Shown here: positions 1-8,612 of the stretch, in pieces
Position numbering within the stretch: the stretch's first letter is position 1
How the letters are laid out: each line of letters begins with the position of its first letter
Assembly (NCBI GenBank): GCA_016708025.1
Contig: JADJGQ010000004.1
Location: forward strand, 54,635 to 118,634
Origin: a bacterium
Lineage (GTDB): Bacteria > Zixibacteria > MSB-5A5 > GN15 > FEB-12
DNA: 64,000 bases
Reading direction: 5' to 3'
Notes under the pieces: model-generated
Database searches by the model: none
Seen by the model: the letters and a program-made list of their open reading frames with translations, nothing else
Told to the model about the DNA's origin: nothing
Position numbers and translations under genes: made by a program

Positions 1-1
1 G

Positions 2-793
2 CGGTCCGAGCCATTCGCGGTGCTGAGCTCCGGCTCGCAGTTGACCGTGCCGATCGATATGGCGCGCGAAGTAAAAAAGCGGCTTTCCCTCAAGGGAGAT
101 CAGGGGGAGACGCGCATCGCGCTTTTCTACCAGATGGAAAAGATGCTGACCGCTTCAGCGGATGCGCTCTTGAAACTGATCGAAGAACCGCCGACCGATA
201 CCGTGATCCTGATGACGGCCGAGAAGGCGGAGAATCTGCTTCCGACAATCCGTTCCCGTTCGCAGTTGATCCGACTCGAGCGGATCAATACCACCGTCTG
301 CGCGAATTATCTTGTCGGCAAGTATGGTCTGACCGCCGAAAAGGCGATGTTGTACGCGCAGGTGACGGACGGGAATCTTGGGCGGGCGGTGGAGCTGGCG
401 TCGGATGACGACGATGCCGAACTGTCGCAGCGCGCGACCGGGTTTCTGCTGTTTAAGTCGCTGTTTGTAGAGCCTGCCCCGGAGGCGGTGTCGCGGGCGC
501 TTGAGTTTACGCATGACCGGGGGGAAGCGGAGCGCTTGCTGCTCTTCTGGGGATCGTTGATCCGCGACTGCGCCAACTATGCGGTCTCAGGAGATGAAGC
601 ACAGATCATCAATCGCGATTATACGGCGGATATTGTGCGGTTGTCGCAGCCATTTGTCGACCCGGAAGTGGCTCCGGCGATGACTTCGGTGATCAAAAAC
701 GGACTTGCCGACATACGGCTGAACGTGCATATTCAGCCTTTGGTGGCCGCTCTCGCGCTTCGACTTGGCGCGGCCATTCGAACAGCCCGATAG
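2..793 (+). CDS. holB: DNA polymerase III subunit delta-prime, 5'-truncated by window edge
   Basis: The frame is open to the window start. The motif ALLKLIEEPPTDTVILMTAEKAENLLPTIRSRSQLIRL is typical of the clamp-loader delta-prime subunit. Confidence 0.8.
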   Translation, partial: RSEPFAVLSSGSQLTVPIDMAREVKKRLSLKGDQGETRIALFYQMEKMLTASADALLKLIEEPPTDTVILMTAEKAENLLPTIRSRSQLIRLERINTTVCANYLVGKYGLTAEKAMLYAQVTDGNLGRAVELASDDDDAELSQRATGFLLFKSLFVEPAPEAVSRALEFTHDRGEAERLLLFWGSLIRDCANYAVSGDEAQIINRDYTADIVRLSQPFVDPEVAPAMTSVIKNGLADIRLNVHIQPLVAALALRLGAAIRTAR

Positions 794-832
794 ACGGTTT
801 CGGAGAGTGTTTCCCAACGGAGAACAACGGCC

Positions 833-1747
833 ATGGCCGAGATATATCTGGTCGAATTCAAAGGCTCCCGCAAAGAGTACTTTTACAATAGCTACCATCA
901 CACCCTGAAGCTGCGCGAATATGTGATCGTCCAGGCCGAGCAGGGGGAAGATATCGGTCTGCTTTCCAAACTGATCGACAAGCAGGCGAAATTCGGCGAA
1001 AGCAACCGTCCGCGGTCGATCCTTCGGCCCGCCGGCAAAGAAGATCGCGTGCGTCGCGAGGACCTGGTCCGCAAAGAGCTGGATTGCCGCAAAGAGTTCT
1101 ACCAACTGATCCGGAAACATGGGCTACCGATGAAGGTGGTTGATGTCGAATGCCAGTTCGACGGAAACAAGATCACGTTCTTCTTTACCGCGGATCACCG
1201 GGTTGATTTCCGCTCCCTGGTGCGCGATCTGGCATCGCGATTCCGGACGAGAATAGAACTTCGCCAGATCGGTGTGCGGGATGAAGCCCGCCGCAACGAC
1301 GGTTACGGGATCTGCGGGCAGCGCCAATGTTGCAACACCTTCATTCGTGATTTTGCGCCGATCTCGACCAGCCATGCGCGCGAGCAGGACCTTTCGTTGA
1401 ATCCATCGAAGATATCAGGCAACTGCGGGCGACTGCTTTGTTGTTTGCGCTACGAGGTTGACGGCTATATCGAAAACAAAAAGAAATTCCCGCCGGTTGG
1501 GGCGATCGTCACCACCAAAAACGGTACGGGACTGCTCCAGCGGATCGACTATTTCCATGAAGAGATGGTGATCATGCCGGAGGACGGCATCCCGGTGCGC
1601 GCGAAAGCGGATGAACTGATCTCGGTCGATCGAATGCCGACCGGCAAGGGAGCCGCGCAGGCGACACAAGCCTCCGGTATGGAAGAGCCGATGAATCAGC
1701 GAGACAAGGAAGAGTTGAGGAATCTCGACGACCTGGAACGTGAGTAA
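833..1747 (+). CDS. PSP1 domain protein (YaaT/RicT-like)
   Basis: 304-aa ORF with a PSP1 C-terminal domain pattern (FFFTADHRVDFRSLVRDLASRFRTRIELRQIGVRDEAR) and Cys clusters (CGQRQCC, CGRLLCC). It sits directly after holB, as yaaT does in Bacillus. Confidence 0.8.
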   Translation: MAEIYLVEFKGSRKEYFYNSYHHTLKLREYVIVQAEQGEDIGLLSKLIDKQAKFGESNRPRSILRPAGKEDRVRREDLVRKELDCRKEFYQLIRKHGLPMKVVDVECQFDGNKITFFFTADHRVDFRSLVRDLASRFRTRIELRQIGVRDEARRNDGYGICGQRQCCNTFIRDFAPISTSHAREQDLSLNPSKISGNCGRLLCCLRYEVDGYIENKKKFPPVGAIVTTKNGTGLLQRIDYFHEEMVIMPEDGIPVRAKADELISVDRMPTGKGAAQATQASGMEEPMNQRDKEELRNLDDLERE

Positions 1748-1765
1748 ACAGAGAAAGACAGTACG

Positions 1766-3712
1766 GTGCCACAACCATTCTATATAACGACCCCGATCTA
1801 CTACGTGAACGACCGACCGCATATCGGTCATGCCTATACGACCATCGCAGCCGACCTGCTGACCCGGTTTCACCGGATGGAAGAGCGCGATGCGTTTTTC
1901 ATGACCGGAACGGATGAGCATGGGACGAAAGTCGCCGAAGCGGCGGCCGCGGCCGGATTGACCCCGCAGGAATTCTGCGATCGGACCGTGCAGACATTCA
2001 AGACTGCCTGGAAAAATCTTGATATCCAGTACGATCATTTCATCCGGACGACCGAAGAGCGGCATATTGTCGGCGTGCACAAGATCCTGGATGCGATGCG
2101 CGCGGCAAAAACCGAGGATGGCCGCGAGGTCATCTATTCGAGTTACTACGAAGGGCTGTATTGCACCGGCTGCGAAAAGTTTCTGACCGAAAAGGATCTG
2201 GTCAACGGGCTTTGCCCTGACCATAAGCGGGCGCCGGAGAAACTTCGCGAGAAAAACTATTTCTTCCGCCTCTCGGCCTATGTGCAGAAGATCAAGGAGC
2301 GGATAGAAAGCGGCGAACTGCAGATCCTTCCGGAAGAGCGCCGCAACGAAGTGCTCGGATTGATCGGACAGGATGTTCCGGATTTCTCCGTCTCGCGCGA
2401 GCGCGTGAAATGGGGGATCCCGTTGTCGTTCGACCGGACGCAGGTGGCCTATGTCTGGGTCGATGCGCTCTCTAATTACATCACCGGTATCGGATACGGC
2501 GACAATCCTCAGTCATTCAACAAGTGGTGGAATGAGGGGGAAGTCGTGCATTTGATGGGGAAGGATATCCTCAAGTTCCATTGCCTGTATTGGCCGGCGA
2601 TGCTGATGGCGGCGGGACTGAAAGTGCCGGAGACGATCTTCCTGCATGGATTCTTTACGATCGACGGCGAGAAGATGTCGAAGTCGCTCGGGAATATGAT
2701 CGATCCGAACGATATGGTGAAGCAGTTCGGTCCGGATGGGACACGGTATTTGCTGTTGACGCAGTATCCGTTCGGGATCGATGGCGATGTACAGGCGAAG
2801 CGGTTTGTGACGCAGTACAATTCCGATCTGGCGAATGATCTGGGGAATCTGGTCTCGCGCGTCACCAAGATGGTGATGGCGGATTTTGACGGTAAACTGC
2901 CGCAGCCGTATCGGAATATCGAGGGATTGGATCAATTGATGCTGTTGTCCGAGCAGTTGCCGGATGCAGCGTATTCGCATATCAAGCACTTCCGTTTGAC
3001 GAACGCGATCGCGGACGCCCTCAATCTGGTGCGGGCCGCCAACAAATTTTTCAACGATTCGGCCCCCTGGCAATTGCGGAAAGCCGGCGAAACCGACAAG
3101 CAGGGGGGCGTACTATACGCCTGCTGCGAAGTACTGCGGATCGTCTCGATCATCCTCTATCCGGTGATGCCGCGAAAGATGAAAGAGATCCGCGGGGTGC
3201 TGGGTCTGGATGACAGCACGCTGACGCTGCGGAATGCGCGCCAGTTCTTTGATCTGGTCCCGGGAACGACGATCAATATCGATCAACCGATCTTCCCACG
3301 TATCGACGGTACCTTTACACCATCCGCACCATCGGCATCGCCGGACAAAGCGGAAGTGAAAAAGCCGGACCTTGCGCCGACCGATGACAAACTGCTGGAT
3401 ATCGCCGATTTCCAGAGGGCGGAGCTCCGGGTCGCGCAGGTGCTGTTTGCCGAGCCGGTCGAGGGCGCCAATAAACTACTGAAACTGCAGATCGATATCG
3501 GCACCGAGCAGCGACAGATCATTGCGGGGGTGGCGGAGTATTATTCTCCCGAGCAGTTGATCGGCACCCACATCATTGTGGTGACGAACCTGAAACCGGC
3601 GGTGATCCGAGGCGTGGAGTCGCGTGGAATGCTGCTGGCGGCCAAGTCCGGCAAAAAGCTGGTTTTGGTTCGGCCGGATGGCGTTATACCGCCCGGCGCC
3701 AAAGTAGGCTGA
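1766..3712 (+). CDS. metG: methionine--tRNA ligase
   Basis: HIGH-type motif (RPHIGHAYT), KMSKS motif (KMSKSLGN), and a C-terminal tRNA-binding (EMAP-like) domain. Confidence 0.95.
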   Translation: MPQPFYITTPIYYVNDRPHIGHAYTTIAADLLTRFHRMEERDAFFMTGTDEHGTKVAEAAAAAGLTPQEFCDRTVQTFKTAWKNLDIQYDHFIRTTEERHIVGVHKILDAMRAAKTEDGREVIYSSYYEGLYCTGCEKFLTEKDLVNGLCPDHKRAPEKLREKNYFFRLSAYVQKIKERIESGELQILPEERRNEVLGLIGQDVPDFSVSRERVKWGIPLSFDRTQVAYVWVDALSNYITGIGYGDNPQSFNKWWNEGEVVHLMGKDILKFHCLYWPAMLMAAGLKVPETIFLHGFFTIDGEKMSKSLGNMIDPNDMVKQFGPDGTRYLLLTQYPFGIDGDVQAKRFVTQYNSDLANDLGNLVSRVTKMVMADFDGKLPQPYRNIEGLDQLMLLSEQLPDAAYSHIKHFRLTNAIADALNLVRAANKFFNDSAPWQLRKAGETDKQGGVLYACCEVLRIVSIILYPVMPRKMKEIRGVLGLDDSTLTLRNARQFFDLVPGTTINIDQPIFPRIDGTFTPSAPSASPDKAEVKKPDLAPTDDKLLDIADFQRAELRVAQVLFAEPVEGANKLLKLQIDIGTEQRQIIAGVAEYYSPEQLIGTHIIVVTNLKPAVIRGVESRGMLLAAKSGKKLVLVRPDGVIPPGAKVG

Positions 3713-4488
3713 TGATCGATTCACACTGTCATCTCGATTCACGAGTATACAATCACGAGATAGAGCCGCTCCTGGCGCAGGCAAAAGCGTCGGGAGTGGA
3801 TACCGTCGTTACGATCGGCGCGGATATGGAATCCTCGGAAAATGTCGTGGCGATCGCGGCAAAGTATGAGATGGTGTACGGGACAGTGGGGATACATCCG
3901 CATGACGCCACGACATGCGATGCAAAGGCGCTGACACGACTCCGTGAACTTGCGAAGCGCGAGAAGATCCAGGCGATCGGTGAGATCGGATTGGATTACT
4001 ATCGCGATATGTCGCCGCGACCGGTGCAGAAGCGGGCTTTTGGCGAGCAGTTGGATCTGGCGGTCGAACTCAAGATGCCGGTGGTGATCCATACGCGCGA
4101 GGCGTTTGAAGATACGCTCGAGATAATCAAGCCTTACGCCAAAAATCTTCCGGGCGGGGTTTTTCACTGTTTTCCCGGCAATGCTGAGGATGCCGCGAAA
4201 GTATTCGACCTGGGATTTGTGGTGTCGGTCGGCGGCGTGATAACATTTCCGAAAGCGGGAATGGCCGAGATGGCGAAACAGGTGCCGCTGGATAGGATCA
4301 TTCTCGAGACAGATTCACCCTATCTGACCCCGGTGCCGTTTCGGGGAAAGACCAATGCGCCGGCGTATGTGGCATTGGTGGCAGAGGCGCTGGCAACACT
4401 GCGCGGAATCACCAAAGCGGAAGTGGTCCGCGTGACTGACCGAACCTGCCGCAAACTCTACCGGATGGTAGAGACCTTTGGCGGATAA
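3712..4488 (+). CDS. TatD family metal-dependent hydrolase
   Basis: N-terminal IDSHCHLD motif and later HTREA and FHCF motifs typical of TatD/YabD. The ATG overlaps the metG stop (TGATG). Confidence 0.9.
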   Translation: MIDSHCHLDSRVYNHEIEPLLAQAKASGVDTVVTIGADMESSENVVAIAAKYEMVYGTVGIHPHDATTCDAKALTRLRELAKREKIQAIGEIGLDYYRDMSPRPVQKRAFGEQLDLAVELKMPVVIHTREAFEDTLEIIKPYAKNLPGGVFHCFPGNAEDAAKVFDLGFVVSVGGVITFPKAGMAEMAKQVPLDRIILETDSPYLTPVPFRGKTNAPAYVALVAEALATLRGITKAEVVRVTDRTCRKLYRMVETFGG

Positions 4489-4489
4489 G

Positions 4490-5299
4490 ATGGCAGCATA
4501 TTTCGCGAAAAAGCGGCTCGGACAACATTTCCTGACATCGGAGAAGATCGTCAGCCGGATGGTCGACCTGATCAGTCCGAAAGCAGAGCAGACGATTCTC
4601 GAAGTCGGGCCGGGGCGTGGTGTATTGACCTTGCCGCTGGCGGAGTCCGGCGCCAATCTCTGGGCGGTCGAGTTCGACCGCGACCTGATCGGGACACTTG
4701 AGCGGCTGCTTGATCCGTACAAAAACGCGACGTTGATCAATAAGGATTTTCTGGCGTTTCATCCCGAGGATTATGAACTCCAGTCGTTCTTGTTGGTGGG
4801 GAATCTTCCGTATAATATCACCTCACCGATCATCGACTGGTGCATTCGCTATTATGACCGGATCCAGATGGCGGTTTTCATGGTGCAACGCGAGATGGCC
4901 TGGCGCATCACCGGCTCGCCGGGGAGCAAGGATTGGTCGCCGATAGGGATCTTCACGCAGTTGCATTTTGACGCGACCTACTGTTTTGATGTTCCGCAGC
5001 ATGCCTTCACGCCGCCGCCTGAGGTGGTCAGCGCGGTGATCAAACTGGAGCCGTGGCCGACCATCCCGAAGTTCAATATCGAAAAACTTGAAAAGGTGGT
5101 GCGCGCCTCGTTCACCCAACGGAGAAAAACGCTTATCAATAACCTGGTACCAAACCTGATCGCCGATGCGACCAAACTCAAGATCATCCTGGCTCAACTC
5201 GACCTGACTGAGAACTGTCGGGCGGAAGAGCTGTCGATCGCGCAGTTCGCCAAATTGAGTGAAATGCTGATCCCATCATCTCCGGGTGCGCATGAATAA
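4490..5299 (+). CDS. rsmA: 16S rRNA (adenine1518/1519-N6)-dimethyltransferase
   Basis: KKRLGQHFL N-terminus, EVGPGRGVLT SAM-binding motif and NLPYNI motif. I preferred the ATG at 4490, just after the tatD stop, over the TTG at 4478. Confidence 0.9.
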   Translation: MAAYFAKKRLGQHFLTSEKIVSRMVDLISPKAEQTILEVGPGRGVLTLPLAESGANLWAVEFDRDLIGTLERLLDPYKNATLINKDFLAFHPEDYELQSFLLVGNLPYNITSPIIDWCIRYYDRIQMAVFMVQREMAWRITGSPGSKDWSPIGIFTQLHFDATYCFDVPQHAFTPPPEVVSAVIKLEPWPTIPKFNIEKLEKVVRASFTQRRKTLINNLVPNLIADATKLKIILAQLDLTENCRAEELSIAQFAKLSEMLIPSSPGAHE

Positions 5300-6287
5300 A
5301 CTGTCAGACAAACCGGACAGAAAGCTGGTGACGTTGACTGTCCCCGCGGATGCAGTCTCGCAACGGCTGGATAGCTGGATCGCGGCACAGCCGGAACTTG
5401 CCCTGTCGCGCACCAAGGTGCAGCGTCTGATCGAGGACGGGGAGATTCTGGTGAATGGACAGCGCGAGCAGACCAAGTACCTGATACAAGGTGGTGAGTC
5501 GATCGCGGTGCTGATCCCGTTGCCGCCCTCGACCGATGTCGTCGGCGAGAAGATAGCTCTCGATATTGTGTACGAAGATGAGTATCTGGCGGTGATCAAT
5601 AAGCCGGTCGGCATGATCACACATCCGGCGGCAGGAGTTTATTCAGGGACATTGGTCAATGCGCTGGTGCATCATTTTAAATCGCTTCCCAAAATTCAGG
5701 GGGCGGAGCGGCCGGGGATAGTCCATCGGCTAGACAAAAATACTTCGGGGCTGCTCTTGGTCGCCAAGCAGGAAGAGACGCTGCTGAATCTGCAGCGCAT
5801 GCTGGAAGCGCGGGAGATCAAGCGGACGTACCTTGCGCTCGTCTGCGGGCATATGCCGAATCCGGCGGGGAAGATCGATCTGAAGGTGGGGCGGTCGCAA
5901 CGTGACCGGACGCGGATGGCAGTGACTGAGACTGGGCGCGAGGCGGTGACGGAGTATCAACTCAAGGAGCGGTTTCGCTCGGTGGAATTGCATGAAGTGC
6001 GGTTGCAAACGGGTCGGACACATCAGATACGCGTGCATTTTTCGCATCTGGGACATCCGGTGATGGGGGATCCGGAGTATGGCGGGCGGGAGAAATGGGT
6101 GCGAGGGATATTCGCGCCGGAGCGACTGCTTGCACGTAAGTTGCTCTCGATATTGGATCACCAGGCATTGCACGCGTGCCAACTGGCGCTGAAACATCCG
6201 CAGACGGGAGAGCAGTTGTTGTTTCAGGCGGAGGTCCCGGGGGATTATCAGACGGTGTTGGCGCTGCTGCGGAGTCAGCCGACGTAG
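5292..6287 (+). CDS. rluD: RluA-family 23S rRNA pseudouridine synthase (RluD-like)
   Basis: S4-like N-terminus and the catalytic motif HRLDKNTSGLLLVAK. A GTG at 5286 is an alternative start. Confidence 0.9.
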   Translation: MNKLSDKPDRKLVTLTVPADAVSQRLDSWIAAQPELALSRTKVQRLIEDGEILVNGQREQTKYLIQGGESIAVLIPLPPSTDVVGEKIALDIVYEDEYLAVINKPVGMITHPAAGVYSGTLVNALVHHFKSLPKIQGAERPGIVHRLDKNTSGLLLVAKQEETLLNLQRMLEAREIKRTYLALVCGHMPNPAGKIDLKVGRSQRDRTRMAVTETGREAVTEYQLKERFRSVELHEVRLQTGRTHQIRVHFSHLGHPVMGDPEYGGREKWVRGIFAPERLLARKLLSILDHQALHACQLALKHPQTGEQLLFQAEVPGDYQTVLALLRSQPT

Positions 6288-6315
6288 GACGTGTGCAAGT
6301 CGACGGGGGTTACGA

Positions 6316-6822
6316 ATGATTAAGAGATCTCAAATTCACTCTATCAAAAGCATATTCATTGCGCTGGTCGTTTGGGGAGTACTCACAGGCGGGGTGTGTG
6401 AAATGGTGCCTGAGTCTGACCCAATTTCAGAAAGCGATCTTTGGGGTCCGTACTCCGCGAATTTTCAGACTGGGCAGTTCGACAGCCTCTTTCTTCATCC
6501 TGACTCTAAGTACACTCGACTATTTGGATCAAGAGACGGGCGAGTCTTCGAAGACACTGGCAACTGGAGATTGAAGTATCTTAATGGAGAAGCCCCTGAT
6601 TCACGTCGAATGGTAGTTGAATTCCCCGCCTTTGTGACAAGGTTCAACCTTGATTCGTTGGGTGAAGATGCTCCCTTCGGTGGAGCAATCGGAATTCCGG
6701 ACTCATTACCTGCTCCACGGAGAGTTGGAGTTTACAAGTACAGGTGGGGGCAGGGTGCGGTGATTCAGTTGGGGCAAGTGTACGGGCCTGCATGGAAAAA
6801 GCACATTCAATCGCAGCACTAG
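6316..6822 (+). CDS. hypothetical membrane-anchored/secreted protein
   Basis: 168-aa ORF with an N-terminal hydrophobic helix (IKSIFIALVVWGVLTGGV). It is AT-richer than its flanks and I recognise no family. Confidence 0.5.
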   Translation: MIKRSQIHSIKSIFIALVVWGVLTGGVCEMVPESDPISESDLWGPYSANFQTGQFDSLFLHPDSKYTRLFGSRDGRVFEDTGNWRLKYLNGEAPDSRRMVVEFPAFVTRFNLDSLGEDAPFGGAIGIPDSLPAPRRVGVYKYRWGQGAVIQLGQVYGPAWKKHIQSQH

Positions 6823-6841
6823 TTAAGAGCTTAGTTTGATG

Positions 6842-6865
6842 GGTTGCTTCGAAATCGCGGAGGGG
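6842..6865. repeat. GGTTGCTTCGAAATCGCGGAGGGG module (also at 55753, 56700, 57146)
   Basis: The same string recurs at the four listed positions. Confidence 0.85.
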
Positions 6866-6869
6866 TAGG

Positions 6870-6919
6870 GGGTTGCTTCGTCGACCGCTCACTCCGTTCG
6901 CATGCTCCTCGCAATGACG
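6870..6919 (+). repeat. 50-bp perfect direct repeat, copy 1
   Basis: GGGTTGCTTCGTCGACCGCTCACTCCGTTCGCATGCTCCTCGCAATGACG is identical at 8002-8051. Confidence 0.95.
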
Positions 6920-6951
6920 GTATCAGGCAACTAGTCGCGGCGGGCTATGTC

Positions 6952-7911
6952 TTAAGGGGCACAAGTACTGGAGAGAACAACAATTCTGCGAAATTCCAGC
7001 ACTGGGTTATCCTTCCGAAACGACGATTTCAACTCCGACGAACGCTGGTCGAGCCCACCCGCTTCAATGACTACTTGCTGTTGTCCATTCAGTACGCTTA
7101 ACAGACTCCTTCGCAATTCTGTGAAACCGCTACGAGAACCAGATATCTCTAACATGTCCGAATTTTCGCGATGTAAATACCGCGGTACCGGGATTTGAAA
7201 AACTCCAAGAGCCGGAATGTCCACTGATTCTTCAACGCGTAGCGTAACAAGATTGACAATTGCGTTAGACGGGTTTTTGCACGAATCAGCCAGATCCTGG
7301 TCCTGACCATACTCGGTAGAGCATAGATGAAATTCACCGATGACTCCATCGGCGAGAAGTGTCAATATCTGACAAAGGTTTCCATAGCCAAGTATCGTAC
7401 CTGAAATCAATACCTGTGAGTCTTTGCGGTCAATTTCGACAGTGAGTTTGCCCGCAGGCTCTGGCACCGGTCGAATAATCTGCAGCGACGACACCGGAAG
7501 CTGGGTGGGGAGTAAACCTTGCGAATACGTTGTATCGCACTCAATGTTCTCGCACAGAAGCTCTGAAGTTTCTGCATTAGCGAGACTCAGTACAGCTTTC
7601 AAAATTGCTGCCAAACCCTGTGGTCCCATGGATAGAGATAAGAGCCAATCGTCTTCTACAATTAGAGACGGGAGATTCGAGCTGCTCGTTTCGATGGAAT
7701 AGACATTGACCTGGTTCAATAGCATGTCGGAATGATACGGAATCGGAGTTAGTTCGCTCCCGCCAGCGTCGGGGGTGAACAAGTGGAAATGATCTCTTCG
7801 GCCAGTGGTCAGCTCATTCAATTGTTTGGCAAAGCGGAATAGGCCACCGTTACCCGCCACCAAACGCACCCGTTGATGAGACTTGTCATAGTTGAAAGAG
7901 AATAACCTCAT
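6952..7911 (-). CDS. hypothetical protein built from four ~80-aa internal repeats
   Basis: 319-aa ORF in an AT-richer stretch. A repeated motif occurs four times: RVRLVAGNGGLFRFAKQLNEL, LLSLSMGPQGLAAILKAVLSL, QVLISGTILGYGNLCQILTLL, MLEISGSRSGFTELRRSLLSVL. Confidence 0.6.
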   Translation of the reverse strand: MRLFSFNYDKSHQRVRLVAGNGGLFRFAKQLNELTTGRRDHFHLFTPDAGGSELTPIPYHSDMLLNQVNVYSIETSSSNLPSLIVEDDWLLSLSMGPQGLAAILKAVLSLANAETSELLCENIECDTTYSQGLLPTQLPVSSLQIIRPVPEPAGKLTVEIDRKDSQVLISGTILGYGNLCQILTLLADGVIGEFHLCSTEYGQDQDLADSCKNPSNAIVNLVTLRVEESVDIPALGVFQIPVPRYLHRENSDMLEISGSRSGFTELRRSLLSVLNGQQQVVIEAGGLDQRSSELKSSFRKDNPVLEFRRIVVLSSTCAP

Positions 7912-8001
7912 TAACTAATCCCCACGACTTGCCATATAGGGAAAAAATATATGTGCCGCTACAAAGGTGGGAGAAAGCAGTGCGCCTGTCAAGGGATAAC
8001 A

Positions 8002-8051
8002 GGGTTGCTTCGTCGACCGCTCACTCCGTTCGCATGCTCCTCGCAATGACG
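8002..8051 (+). repeat. 50-bp perfect direct repeat, copy 2
   Basis: Identical to 6870-6919. Confidence 0.95.
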
Positions 8052-8149
8052 ATTGAAGCAAAAAAGATGGGGAGGAGACGGGGAGGCGGGGATGTATGCC
8101 GCGCAAATGGTGATACCCAATTTTTAAGCCAATCTCTCTTTGGAACGTT

Positions 8150-8348
8150 GCGTCAGGTCCTGCTTCGAAGCCCCTAGTGACGAACTTCTCCCACATCCCG
8201 CGTTATCCGTGCCCTGCTTCGAAGTGTGACCTGACGCTTTAACGGAGATGAAAAGAGCCGTCAGGTCTCGCGCTCGCGTGATTGAGATGAGAGGTCCAGT
8301 TTGAGAAGTCCGGCGAGCGCTAGGACCTGACGGAACGTTTCAACGCAG
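8150..8348. repeat. two adjacent MITE-like hairpin elements with 10-bp terminal inverted repeats
   Basis: One element has GCGTCAGGTC (8150) ... GACCTGACGC (8237). The next has CCGTCAGGTC (8258) ... GACCTGACGG (about 8331). A related copy lies at 17589-17697. Confidence 0.7.
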
Positions 8349-8375
8349 ACCTTTTCCAAAATACCCTATCCTTCT

Positions 8376-8404
8376 TTGCGCGGCAGAGCTCCTGCTCTGC
8401 CCGA
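8376..8404. repeat. 29-bp palindromic module TTGCGCGGCAGAGCTCCTGCTCTGCCCGA
   Basis: Identical copy at 14949-14977. It forms a GGCAGAGC-N4-GCTCTGCC hairpin. Confidence 0.9.
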
Positions 8405-8421
8405 AACATTTTACCGAGCTG

Positions 8422-8547
8422 ATGGTGATGTCTGCTGCGCAAATAGACCAATTCAGTGCAGACGATGAAGATATCAAGAAAAATGCTTATGCAATCGCTA
8501 ATGCCCGTGGTGCGGGCTTGACAATAGTGATGGAGCAGTTAATTTAA
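8422..8547 (+). CDS. candidate 41-aa small ORF upstream of the CPBP protease gene
   Basis: An ATG-to-TAA ORF below the ORF-track cutoff: MVMSAAQIDQFSADDEDIKKNAYAIANARGAGLTIVMEQLI. It lies in an AT-richer, non-repeat stretch. It has no clear SD and may be non-coding. Confidence 0.25.
   Translation: MVMSAAQIDQFSADDEDIKKNAYAIANARGAGLTIVMEQLI
8518..8545 (+). promoter_or_regulatory. sigma70-like promoter candidate TTGACA-N16-TAATTT
   Basis: The hexamers are read directly. It lies 70 nt upstream of the GTG start of the CPBP gene and overlaps the 3' end of the candidate small ORF. Confidence 0.3.
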
Positions 8548-8612
8548 TCGTCGAAATCTGTTTGAATGGGCGACTATTATCACGCCGGGCAGAAACCCAA
8601 AGGAGCGATTGC

